DNA from: Erysipelotrichaceae bacterium MTC7
GTDB lineage: Bacteria > Bacillota_I > Bacilli_A > Erysipelotrichales > Erysipelotrichaceae
Direction: 5' to 3'
Length of the DNA stretch: 32,000 nt
Assembly (NCBI GenBank): GCA_001695645.1
Contig: LVZN01000007.1
Location: forward strand, 25,909-57,908
In this document: piece after piece, positions 16,234-24,727 of the stretch
Position numbering within the stretch: the first letter of the stretch is position 1
Layout: each line of letters opens with the position of its first letter
Made by a program: the position numbers and the translations under genes
The notes under the pieces: model-generated
Told to the model about the DNA's origin: nothing
Databases searched by the model: none
Seen by the model: the letters and a program-made list of their open reading frames with translations, nothing else

Positions 16234-17217
16234 TTAATTCATTGCCTTTCTTGCTTTTGACTTGAATATCTTATAGACAAGCCAAAAATAATAATCTAAA
16301 TAGTAATATGCGTTAGTGTTTGCATACTTTATATATAAATTTTCTTGTTTCATTTTCTTTGTTCGTTTTCTCATATTAGAAAATGAATAGGTTGCAATTT
16401 TGCTACGACTGTCCCAAAAATCTATACAAGACAGTAACGTTGGTGGAACACCCTTTTGTGTCTGTTTTAACCACACTTCAACTTCCTTGTACAGTTCATA
16501 CTTTTCCTTAGCGTATCTAGAAAAATAAAACGGCTTTGTTAAACCCGTTGTTACTGGATGAAAATTTCCTACACCAGCTGTGTTATGTCCATGTATGCGA
16601 TACAGCGTCAATGGTTCGTTAAGATAGTAAAGTCCATTTTCAAAACTAGCAAGAATGGCTAGCCACCCGTCATGTAACCATTGTTTACTGACATGTTCAT
16701 TTTCAACAAAGAAGTTTTTGCGTAATGCCATCGTTGCCCCAGTGATGCAAAACGAATGAAGTAAAATATCTTTCCATTCCTTTTGATTCATCGGTGGTTC
16801 AAATCCTACAAGCTGATTCAAGACTTGTCCAGTCTTATTCCCTTTTGCATCAATAATATCTGCATTACTTGCAACAAGTTGTATTTTCTCATCCTCAAAT
16901 ATAGGCATGATGCGTTCAACTTTATTCATTTGCCATACATCATCCTGATCACAACTAAAAATAATATCTCCAGAACACAAATGATAGGCTTTATAAAAGT
17001 TGCATACAACCCCTAACGAGGATTCATTTTGTATGATTTTATAAGGAATCGTTGCATCCTTTAATACTTGCTCAATGCATGCAACTGTTCCGTCTGTTGA
17101 GCCATCATCACATATAATAAGTTCATCCACTTGCTGCGTTTGACTTAAAATGCTTTGTAGTTGCTGCCGTACATACAACTCTCCATTGTATGTACAAAGA
17201 GCCACTGAAATTTTCAC
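16234..17217 (-). CDS. GT2 glycosyltransferase, RgpB/GacC-like (putative rhamnosyltransferase)
   Basis: 327 aa. Motifs CTYNGELYVRQQLQSILSQT...ICDDGSTDGT...CDQDDVW are typical of that GT2 subgroup. GTG start with SD AGGTGA. Confidence 0.8.
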   Translation of the reverse strand: MKISVALCTYNGELYVRQQLQSILSQTQQVDELIICDDGSTDGTVACIEQVLKDATIPYKIIQNESSLGVVCNFYKAYHLCSGDIIFSCDQDDVWQMNKVERIMPIFEDEKIQLVASNADIIDAKGNKTGQVLNQLVGFEPPMNQKEWKDILLHSFCITGATMALRKNFFVENEHVSKQWLHDGWLAILASFENGLYYLNEPLTLYRIHGHNTAGVGNFHPVTTGLTKPFYFSRYAKEKYELYKEVEVWLKQTQKGVPPTLLSCIDFWDSRSKIATYSFSNMRKRTKKMKQENLYIKYANTNAYYYLDYYFWLVYKIFKSKARKAMN

Positions 17218-17225
17218 AACATCAC

Positions 17226-18173
17226 CTACTTCAACAAGATACGCAACAATCCGTATCTTTTCTTATAAAATAAACGGCAAATCAATTTGAATTTCCAATC
17301 TCTTGTTTGATAATATGGATTTTTTTTCCAATCTGGATATTGTGTTTTCATAATATCTACAATCTTAGTTAATCCACTTTTTCCTTCAGTAAATGGAAAA
17401 TATCGTAGTGAAGCAGCATGCAGCAAATGTTCAATATATAACCACTCCAACTCTTGTTGGTAAGTTTCAACTGCATCAAGACGTATAACAACTTCACGCA
17501 AATACTCCATTGCACCAAAAATAGCATCAAGTTTTGGACTATAGGTACTTTGATGCATCAGTGAATCATCATGCATATTGTATAAAAATAGCGGTGCATC
17601 AAGATATGTAATACGACGGGCAACACAAGCTAGTGCTGGCATAACCGCTATATCTTCATATCTTGCAAATGTTGGGAATTCTAACTGATGATCCATGATT
17701 AACGACTTACGAATCATTTTGCGCCACGGTCCTGTATTATTTAGAAAATAGAGTTTATTGCTATCTGCGTGGTAGATCAAATGTTCATCAAGTAATCCTT
17801 CTGTTTGAACACGAACTGTTTTTGCATTGCACCAAACAATATCGTCATTATGCTCTTCTTGTTTACTTACCAATTGTGTCAGGGCATCTAAAGTAATTGC
17901 ATCATCGCTATCCACAAAACAAATAAACTCACCTCGTGCAAGTTCAACACCTTTATTTCGCGCTTTGGCTTGTCCTTGATTTTCCTGGTGATATACAACC
18001 ATACTATCGTATGTCTTTGCATATTGATCCAATATCACTTTTGATTGATCTGTTGATCCATCATTAATTGCAACAATTTCATAATCTTGATACGTTTGGT
18101 TCACTAAAGATTCCAAACAATCCACGAGATATTTCTCTGCATTATATACAGGAACTACAATACTAATTTTCAT
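17226..18173 (-). CDS. GT2 glycosyltransferase
   Basis: 315 aa. Motifs VVPVYNAEKYL...INDGSTDQS...VDSDD. SD AGGTGAAAAG. Confidence 0.85.
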   Translation of the reverse strand: MKISIVVPVYNAEKYLVDCLESLVNQTYQDYEIVAINDGSTDQSKVILDQYAKTYDSMVVYHQENQGQAKARNKGVELARGEFICFVDSDDAITLDALTQLVSKQEEHNDDIVWCNAKTVRVQTEGLLDEHLIYHADSNKLYFLNNTGPWRKMIRKSLIMDHQLEFPTFARYEDIAVMPALACVARRITYLDAPLFLYNMHDDSLMHQSTYSPKLDAIFGAMEYLREVVIRLDAVETYQQELEWLYIEHLLHAASLRYFPFTEGKSGLTKIVDIMKTQYPDWKKNPYYQTRDWKFKLICRLFYKKRYGLLRILLK

Positions 18174-18181
18174 CTTTTCAC

Positions 18182-19105
18182 CTATATATAACCTTTCAAA
18201 CTATCCAAATCTTCATGATACAGTGCTTCTAACATATCTAGTGTTTCTAAATGTGTTTCATATACATAGCGACGCTTCTTCGCTGCTGTTTTCATTTTTG
18301 AGCCGGTTGACACCTGTTCCATATGCATGATCTTCACTTTTGGTTGATACACACTTAACATGTGATTTCTTATTAAACGCACAAACAAGATATCTTCTTC
18401 CCCATAAAACATTGTCCGGTTATCCAGTCCATCAAAAGCTTTTACATACACTGGTGAAAAGATTAAACAACACCCATGTAAACGGACCATTTCTTGCCTT
18501 ACAGGAACTGGTTTATCTTCTCTTAATTTATGACGCCATGATTCCCATCGAATAAGTTTCATGATTGCATGCTTTGTGTTCAATTCTATACTCTCAATTC
18601 CTGACTTATTTTTCTTAAGTAATGCATGAATACGTTCACGATCCTTATCCAGTTCAGCTAACTTTAAAATTTGGAAAGGATAGACATCCACTTTTCCATT
18701 TGGTAGATGAATTTCGGGACCAAGTACAGCAAACTGACTTTGTTTGTACTCATCAACAATTTGCTTAATAAAGTCATCTTGAATAATCAATGTATCATTA
18801 TTTAACATGACAATAAAATCACAGTGAAGTTCATATTTAGCATATTTGAACCCTTTGTTGTTTCCGCCGGAAAAACCTAAGCCTTCCTCTAACATTAAAA
18901 CATGTATATTTTTGTGATCTTCATAATATTTTTTTAATGCTATTCCTGATTTGTTTGGTGATGCATTATCGACAATTACAATTTGATAATTATCACTATC
19001 TACGCGATTAAGAATCGATGCAACACAATCTATTGTCACCTTTTCTACTTGATAGTGTAATATGACAAAGCCAAAGGAATAACCATTTGTATCAAATTTT
19101 TCCAT
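18182..19105 (-). CDS. GT2 glycosyltransferase (WbbL-like subgroup)
   Basis: Motifs FVILHYQ...VIVDNASPNKS...GFSGGNNKG...MLNNDTLI. I place the start at ATG 19105 (MEKFDTNGY). The track's TTG start at 19135 has no SD either. See the leaderless finding. Confidence 0.8.
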   Translation of the reverse strand: MEKFDTNGYSFGFVILHYQVEKVTIDCVASILNRVDSDNYQIVIVDNASPNKSGIALKKYYEDHKNIHVLMLEEGLGFSGGNNKGFKYAKYELHCDFIVMLNNDTLIIQDDFIKQIVDEYKQSQFAVLGPEIHLPNGKVDVYPFQILKLAELDKDRERIHALLKKNKSGIESIELNTKHAIMKLIRWESWRHKLREDKPVPVRQEMVRLHGCCLIFSPVYVKAFDGLDNRTMFYGEEDILFVRLIRNHMLSVYQPKVKIMHMEQVSTGSKMKTAAKKRRYVYETHLETLDMLEALYHEDLDSLKGYI

Positions 19106-19144
19106 AATGACATTGTACCATAAAAAAAGAAACAAATTGAGTCA

Positions 19145-19621
19145 TTAAGAATCAATGAGTTTCTCTAACATGTTACAGAAATTTTCATTATTTGAGATGT
19201 ATGGTTTTACCTTGAAATTTGGCAGTTGCAAAATCGCTTGCTTTAATTCATCAACCTGCTGACATCCAAGTATATATGCTTGTTCACTAAATTCTTTTAC
19301 AATTTCTACTTGGTGATTGTTTTCGTGTTCTCCGTACTCCACACGACGAGCGACAGCAATTACTTTCTTATCGTGATTGATTCCATTCATAATGGTTCCA
19401 ACACCACCATGCGTAATCATATACGTACAGTTTTCTATGTATGAATTAAACTCGTCCATTGGAATAAATCCAAGTATATCCATATTCTTGCTTGCATATT
19501 TAGTACAACCAGATTGCACAACAACCTTTTCTTGAATCAAACCTTGTTCAACCAGTTGATCAATCATTTCTAACAACCTTGAAAAGCTTTTATCCTGTGT
19601 TCCTAAAGTAACAAATATCAT
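19145..19621 (-). CDS. Alg13-like glycosyltransferase catalytic subunit (GT28 C-terminal domain, Cps14G/PssE-like)
   Basis: MIFVTLGTQDKSF...THGGVGT...EHENNHQ. The start ATG overlaps the upstream stop (TAATG at 19619..19623), so the longer ORF-track start is rejected. Confidence 0.85.
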   Translation of the reverse strand: MIFVTLGTQDKSFSRLLEMIDQLVEQGLIQEKVVVQSGCTKYASKNMDILGFIPMDEFNSYIENCTYMITHGGVGTIMNGINHDKKVIAVARRVEYGEHENNHQVEIVKEFSEQAYILGCQQVDELKQAILQLPNFKVKPYISNNENFCNMLEKLIDS

Positions 19622-20091
19622 TAGAATAACCAGCCTCCATAGATTGCATTTGGATATAATTCTAGCATACTTTTCCATTGCACAATAAAGTCATCCGTAA
19701 TTGGATAAACAATACTACCAGCAACTGTTTTTGTATAGATATTAGCAAACGTTTCAATCCAAATCGTTTTCTTCTTAAAGAAATGAGCAATGAAAAACAT
19801 TGGAACAGCCGTATGTGAACCAGTGGAAATCACAACGTCTGGTTTTAATTTAAAAAACAAATACAAGCTACGTAAACAATTAAACGGAAATACAAATATG
19901 TATTTTAGCATGTTATGTTTTGTACCATACCAAAGATAATGTACCTTGCCTGGAAATGCTTGTTTTAAAGTAAGGTTCGATTGTGTTTTCTCAGTTACTA
20001 TACAATAGTCATATTTTGCATACAGTGGTTGAAGTTGCAATAACTCATTTAAATGTCCACCTGTACTGGAAATAAACATTACTTTTTTCAT
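19621..20091 (-). CDS. Alg14-like glycosyltransferase partner subunit (Cps14F/PssD-like)
   Basis: MKKVMFISSTGGHLNELLQL...PDVVISTGSHTAVP. ATG at 20091 with AAGGAG 6 nt upstream. The track's start at 20109 is a TTG with no SD. Confidence 0.85.
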   Translation of the reverse strand: MKKVMFISSTGGHLNELLQLQPLYAKYDYCIVTEKTQSNLTLKQAFPGKVHYLWYGTKHNMLKYIFVFPFNCLRSLYLFFKLKPDVVISTGSHTAVPMFFIAHFFKKKTIWIETFANIYTKTVAGSIVYPITDDFIVQWKSMLELYPNAIYGGWLF

Positions 20092-20112
20092 CACTTTCTC
20101 CTTGTCCAAATT

Positions 20113-20121
20113 ATTATACCA
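20113..20121 (-). promoter_or_regulatory. Extended -10 promoter element for the 20091->13225 glycosyltransferase block
   Basis: Minus strand reads TGGTATAAT (20121..20113), about 20 nt upstream of the Alg14-like ATG. It lies in the divergent intergenic region. Confidence 0.55.
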
Positions 20122-20148
20122 AATTTGTACATGAATAAGTTACTAACA

Positions 20149-20177
20149 ATAACAAAATCACAAAAAAATGATATACT
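20149..20177 (+). promoter_or_regulatory. Extended -10 promoter of the lone plus-strand GT2 gene (possibly leaderless)
   Basis: ATAACA (20149..20154), a 17-nt spacer ending in TGa, then TATACT (20172..20177). Only 6 nt (AAATCT, no SD) separate the -10 from the ATG at 20184. Confidence 0.5.
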
Positions 20178-20183
20178 AAATCT

Positions 20184-21137
20184 ATGAAAAAGATTAAAGT
20201 AAGTGTCGTGATTCCTTTCTACAACGTAGAAAACTACATCGAACGATGTATGGAATCCCTTAAATCACAAACCCTTAAGGAAATTGAATTTATTATTGTT
20301 GATGATGGAAGTAAAGATGCAAGTCGTGTAATTGTTGAACGATACCTCGATGATTCGCGATTTAAATTATACACAAAAGAAAATGGTGGCTTGTCTGATG
20401 CTCGTAATTTTGGGATGCAATATGTACAAGGTGAATACATGTGCTTTTTAGACAGTGATGACTATGTTGATTCCACCATGTATGAAACCATGTACAACAA
20501 AGCCATTGAAAAGAATTTAGATATGGTATCTTGCGATTTTGTTTGGGAATTTGAAAAACATTGTCGTAAGGATCAGGGATTGCAAAAGAACCCTTTGCTT
20601 TTAGATGTTCGTGCGGTCGTTTGGAATAAAATGTTTCGCACTGCAATTATTAAAGAGCATAAACTACAATTCATCAAAGGCTTACGGTATGAGGATGTTG
20701 CCTTCACCTATATCTATATTCCGTACATCGAACGTTATGAACTACTAAGTGAACCATTTGTTCATTACATTCAAAGAGATGGTTCCATTGTGAATACGCA
20801 AAATGAAAAAGTAAGAGATATCTATACAATATTGGATCATGTGTTTAGCTACTACAAAAATCATCAAATATACGAGGCTTATGAGGAACAATTGGAATAT
20901 GTAACCATTCGCTACATCTTTGGTAGTTCCTTAAAACGTATTGTTAAAATAGAAGATGCGAAACTCAGAAATCAAATCATCATGGAAAACTGGGAGTATT
21001 TAAATGAACGATTTCCAAACTGGCGAAACAATCGATTCTTGCGTAATCAAAAAACAATGAAAAATACATATATGAAGTTAATGAAATCTAGAAACGCGTA
21101 TTTACTAAGCGCGCGTATCTTACGTCATCAAAAATAG
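20184..21137 (+). CDS. GT2 glycosyltransferase (only plus-strand gene in the window)
   Basis: 317 aa. Motifs VVIPFYNVENYI...IVDDGSKDAS...LDSDD. Followed directly by a strong hairpin terminator. Confidence 0.88.
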   Translation: MKKIKVSVVIPFYNVENYIERCMESLKSQTLKEIEFIIVDDGSKDASRVIVERYLDDSRFKLYTKENGGLSDARNFGMQYVQGEYMCFLDSDDYVDSTMYETMYNKAIEKNLDMVSCDFVWEFEKHCRKDQGLQKNPLLLDVRAVVWNKMFRTAIIKEHKLQFIKGLRYEDVAFTYIYIPYIERYELLSEPFVHYIQRDGSIVNTQNEKVRDIYTILDHVFSYYKNHQIYEAYEEQLEYVTIRYIFGSSLKRIVKIEDAKLRNQIIMENWEYLNERFPNWRNNRFLRNQKTMKNTYMKLMKSRNAYLLSARILRHQK

Positions 21138-21170
21138 CGATTGAGCTTTACCTCAAATCGCTATTTTTTT
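21131..21170. terminator. Bidirectional Rho-independent terminator between convergent GT2(+) and galE(-)
   Basis: AAAA-UAGCGAUUGAG-CUUUAC-CUCAAAUCGCUA-UUUUUUU has an 11-bp stem with one bulged A. It is flanked by an A-run and a T-run, and overlaps both stop codons. Confidence 0.85.
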
Positions 21171-22179
21171 ACTTCTTTCTATTTTGAATAAACATCCATG
21201 AATCTTTCATCATGTCATTAAGATCTTTTTCTGCTACCCAACCAAGCACTTCTTTCGCTTTATCTGTTGCCGCATAACATGTCGCAATATCACCAGCTCT
21301 ACGTGGATCAATCACATATGGTACTTGTACACCATTACTTTCCTCAAATGCTTTCACTAGTTGCAAGACACTATATCCGTTTCCCGTTCCTAAGTTAATG
21401 GCATCAACACCAACTGTTTCTTTCGCTAGACGGTCCATGGCTTTCACATGACCTTTAGCCAAATCAACAACGTGAATGTAATCACGAACTCCTGTTCCAT
21501 CAGGTGTATCATAGTCATCACCAAACACGTGAAGTTCTGGCAATTCTTTATTAGCAACCATTGCGATGTAAGGCATGATATTGTTTGGAATACCAACAGG
21601 GTTCTCACCAATTAGTCCACTACTGTGTGCCCCAATTGGATTAAAATATCTTAATAAGATAACATTCCACTCATGATCAGAAATATAAATATCTCTTAGG
21701 ATTTGTTCAATCATAACCTTTGTGGTCCCATAAGGGTTTGTCGTAGCCCCTACAGCGCATTCTTCATCAATAGGTACTCTCTCCGGGTCACCATAGACTG
21801 TTGCACTCGAACTGAATACAAAGTTCTTACAACCGTGATTACGCATCACATCACAAAGCGTCAGTGTACTAACCAAGTTGTTTTGATAATACTCAATTGG
21901 TTTTTGCACAGACTCACCAACTGCTTTATAGGCCGCAAAGTGAATCACCGCATCAATTGCATTTTCCGTGAATATTTTTTCAACTGCTTGTTTATCACAA
22001 ACATCCGCTTCATAGAAAACTATATCTTTTCCTGTAATTTCTTTAATGTAATCTTTTACTTCAATTTTAGCGTTATATAAGTTATCAATAACCACCACAT
22101 CGTAACCATTGTTTAATAATTCAACACATGTATGACTACCAATAAAGCCTAACCCACCTGTAACTAGTACTCTCATCAT
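21169..22179 (-). CDS. galE: UDP-glucose 4-epimerase
   Basis: 336 aa. Motifs VTGGLGFIGSH and SSSATVYG...YGTTK (SDR YxxxK), with a typical GalE C-terminus. AGGAGG lies only 2 nt from the first ATG, so the second ATG (22176) may be the true start. Confidence 0.93.
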   Translation of the reverse strand: MMRVLVTGGLGFIGSHTCVELLNNGYDVVVIDNLYNAKIEVKDYIKEITGKDIVFYEADVCDKQAVEKIFTENAIDAVIHFAAYKAVGESVQKPIEYYQNNLVSTLTLCDVMRNHGCKNFVFSSSATVYGDPERVPIDEECAVGATTNPYGTTKVMIEQILRDIYISDHEWNVILLRYFNPIGAHSSGLIGENPVGIPNNIMPYIAMVANKELPELHVFGDDYDTPDGTGVRDYIHVVDLAKGHVKAMDRLAKETVGVDAINLGTGNGYSVLQLVKAFEESNGVQVPYVIDPRRAGDIATCYAATDKAKEVLGWVAEKDLNDMMKDSWMFIQNRKK

Positions 22180-22188
22180 AGCCTCCTA

Positions 22189-23184
22189 TTAATATCCAGC
22201 TAGTTGAAGTGTTTCTTCAGCTACCTTTTTCACATTCTCACTTGGCGTGTATCCTTCTCCATAGATATCTTTATGCAACAATTCCACTTCACCAACAAAA
22301 TCTTTTAAGATATAGTTTGGCCCGTAACCATTAACAGTTATTGAAGTCAATATTGAATCATAACCTCCCTTTGGAAATTGATATTGATTCAACGTTTTAT
22401 CAAATGTTAAGAAACTTGTTATATAATTTTTAATTTTTCCATTACTAACATTTGTCTCAATATATGGCATTACTTCATTTACAGTATCTAAAATATCTAA
22501 TACTGATTGATTTCTAATGGAAGAAAGCATCGCATTTATCACATTGTTTTGTCGCTTCATTCTCTTGTAATCACTATCAATGTTACGAATTCTTGAGTAT
22601 GCTAGAGCTTGTTCACCATCTAATTGTTGAACTCCAGCATACAACCCTAACGATGCTGCCTCAGCATCTGTTAAATTTATATCCACACCACCTACAATAT
22701 CAACAATTTCAACCACAGAATCAAAGTCAAATTTAACATATTGTGTTAAATCCAAGTCAAGGTTGTAGTTCAATGTACTTAACGTCCCTTGGACTCCATC
22801 ATACCAATACGCATGATTCAATTTTTCGTATCGCTCTTCCATTGGTTGATACATAATGTTATCACGTTGAACGGAAGAAATCGACATTGATTTATCTTCA
22901 AAATTTAAAGAAATAACTTTAATAACATCTGATCGTTGTTGCGTACCATCTTCTGATTGATCAATTCCTAATAAAGCAATATTTTCAACATCTCTATCCG
23001 AATCATGTACATATACTTCTGATTCTTTGAACGAATCTTTTTGATTCATACGGTTTAAAATAGAATCCATATATAGATTCACTCCAACAAAAGTAATTAC
23101 TATTAGTGATAATATAGTTGACAAAACAATAATTACTCTCTTTTTCATTTTTGTTTTTGAATTTTTTTTAACTATTTTCTTCAT
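22189..23184 (-). CDS. LytR-CpsA-Psr (LCP) family glycopolymer-peptidoglycan ligase
   Basis: 331 aa with an N-terminal basic segment and one TM helix. LCP motifs NIALLGID...RSDVI and LDGEQALAYSRIR. Confidence 0.9.
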   Translation of the reverse strand: MKKIVKKNSKTKMKKRVIIVLSTILSLIVITFVGVNLYMDSILNRMNQKDSFKESEVYVHDSDRDVENIALLGIDQSEDGTQQRSDVIKVISLNFEDKSMSISSVQRDNIMYQPMEERYEKLNHAYWYDGVQGTLSTLNYNLDLDLTQYVKFDFDSVVEIVDIVGGVDINLTDAEAASLGLYAGVQQLDGEQALAYSRIRNIDSDYKRMKRQNNVINAMLSSIRNQSVLDILDTVNEVMPYIETNVSNGKIKNYITSFLTFDKTLNQYQFPKGGYDSILTSITVNGYGPNYILKDFVGEVELLHKDIYGEGYTPSENVKKVAEETLQLAGY

Positions 23185-23245
23185 TTATTTTTCCTCATTC
23201 ATCAAATAATATACCATAGAATTAATAAAACACGAAGTATTGTCT

Positions 23246-24655
23246 CTAGGAGATTCGAGGAATGTTTCTTAATTTTGCTATAATATTAAAAATCAACTCC
23301 TTATTTATAAAAATACAAAACAATGTTGACAATATTAATGCAAAAATATTTGAATATATTTCATTGTAATAATATGTTGCCAATATAATTATAAGTACAA
23401 CAAAAGTCATGGCATATAACTTTTTATCTGAGTTTAATTTCTCTACTTCGATAACTTTTTTATATCTAATAGAGTTTGTTATAATATTTGAAACCATACT
23501 TCCTAAAGCTGCCGCATATATTCCAATATGCTTTATGAAGAATATAGTGACAATAACATTCACAAATGCACCAATAACAGTCGTAGTCCCCAAAATCTTT
23601 GTATCTTTATAAGCCGTAAATATACCACCATAAAATCCAGACAAATTAGCAAAATACATAGAAATAGATAATAATGGAATATAATAATAAGCCTCGCTAT
23701 AGCTTTCATTAATAAGAAAGGAAAATGCAAATGGCATAACTGAAATCATCATGACAACTAGGCTAATTAATAAACGTTTCAAATTTGCATAAATGAAATT
23801 ATAGAAAGATTCGTGATTAGAGTCCTTGATTGATCTTGATGCCGTTTCCTTCCATGATGTATAAAAAAAACCGTAGAGTGTATTAATCAAATTAGGAAAT
23901 TTACTAGCAATTGAAAAAACACCATTCGCTGAATTTCCCATTGTTGTCGTAATTATCAATCTAGATGACATATTCATGATTACCCAAGATATACTATTTG
24001 GCACAAGTGGTATAGAATATCTCACCATCTCATTCATCATAACTTTGTCAAAATTAGAGAGTTTCACATATTTATGTGTATTCATTACTACGAACGTAAA
24101 TACTGCAGCTATAAAATTAGAGATTGCATACCCATAAAGCATACCCAAAAGCCCTAAATTCAAGTATACAATAAAAAGGACATTAAATATAATCGTAAGT
24201 AAACTTGCTATAAAATTAGAGAATGAATACAGTTTTATATTTCCCACTCCTCTAGCTAAGGAATTTGAAAGCCCCATTATTATTGTTGCACAATTAATAA
24301 TAATCAACTCTAAAGTATATTTAAAATTAAAAATTTTAAATCCAACAAAATAACATAACAATGAGAAAAAGAAGCAACTAATGATTGTAAATACAAAAGT
24401 TTGGCTAATTACTTTACTCATTTCTTTTTCATTTGATGCATCGATTAAGAAACGAAACATTGATTCTTCCATTAGAAGAGTTATCACCGGAACTATAAAC
24501 AAGGATAAAGTCATTACAAAATCGTATTCCCCGTATTCTGCTGTTGACAATACACTAGTATAAACCGGCAACAATAAAAAGGACACAACTTGTGTACTCA
24601 ACTTCCCAATAGCTATTATTGCTGTGTTTTTTAGCAGTTTCTTTGTATGACTCAT
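23246..24655 (-). CDS. wzx: Polysaccharide flippase (Wzx, MOP superfamily)
   Basis: About 469 aa and highly hydrophobic. The N-terminus MSHTKKLLKNTAIIAIGKLSTQVVSFLLLPVYT is typical of Wzx/PST proteins. ATG at 24655 with AAAGGGTG upstream; the track's GTG start at 24688 is rejected. Confidence 0.85.
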   Translation of the reverse strand: MSHTKKLLKNTAIIAIGKLSTQVVSFLLLPVYTSVLSTAEYGEYDFVMTLSLFIVPVITLLMEESMFRFLIDASNEKEMSKVISQTFVFTIISCFFFSLLCYFVGFKIFNFKYTLELIIINCATIIMGLSNSLARGVGNIKLYSFSNFIASLLTIIFNVLFIVYLNLGLLGMLYGYAISNFIAAVFTFVVMNTHKYVKLSNFDKVMMNEMVRYSIPLVPNSISWVIMNMSSRLIITTTMGNSANGVFSIASKFPNLINTLYGFFYTSWKETASRSIKDSNHESFYNFIYANLKRLLISLVVMMISVMPFAFSFLINESYSEAYYYIPLLSISMYFANLSGFYGGIFTAYKDTKILGTTTVIGAFVNVIVTIFFIKHIGIYAAALGSMVSNIITNSIRYKKVIEVEKLNSDKKLYAMTFVVLIIILATYYYNEIYSNIFALILSTLFCIFINKELIFNIIAKLRNIPRIS

Positions 24656-24727
24656 AGACACCCTTTCTTCATTTAAATGATATTTCACTATTTTAAATTG
24701 TCTAGAAAATTTTCTATTTTCAAGACA

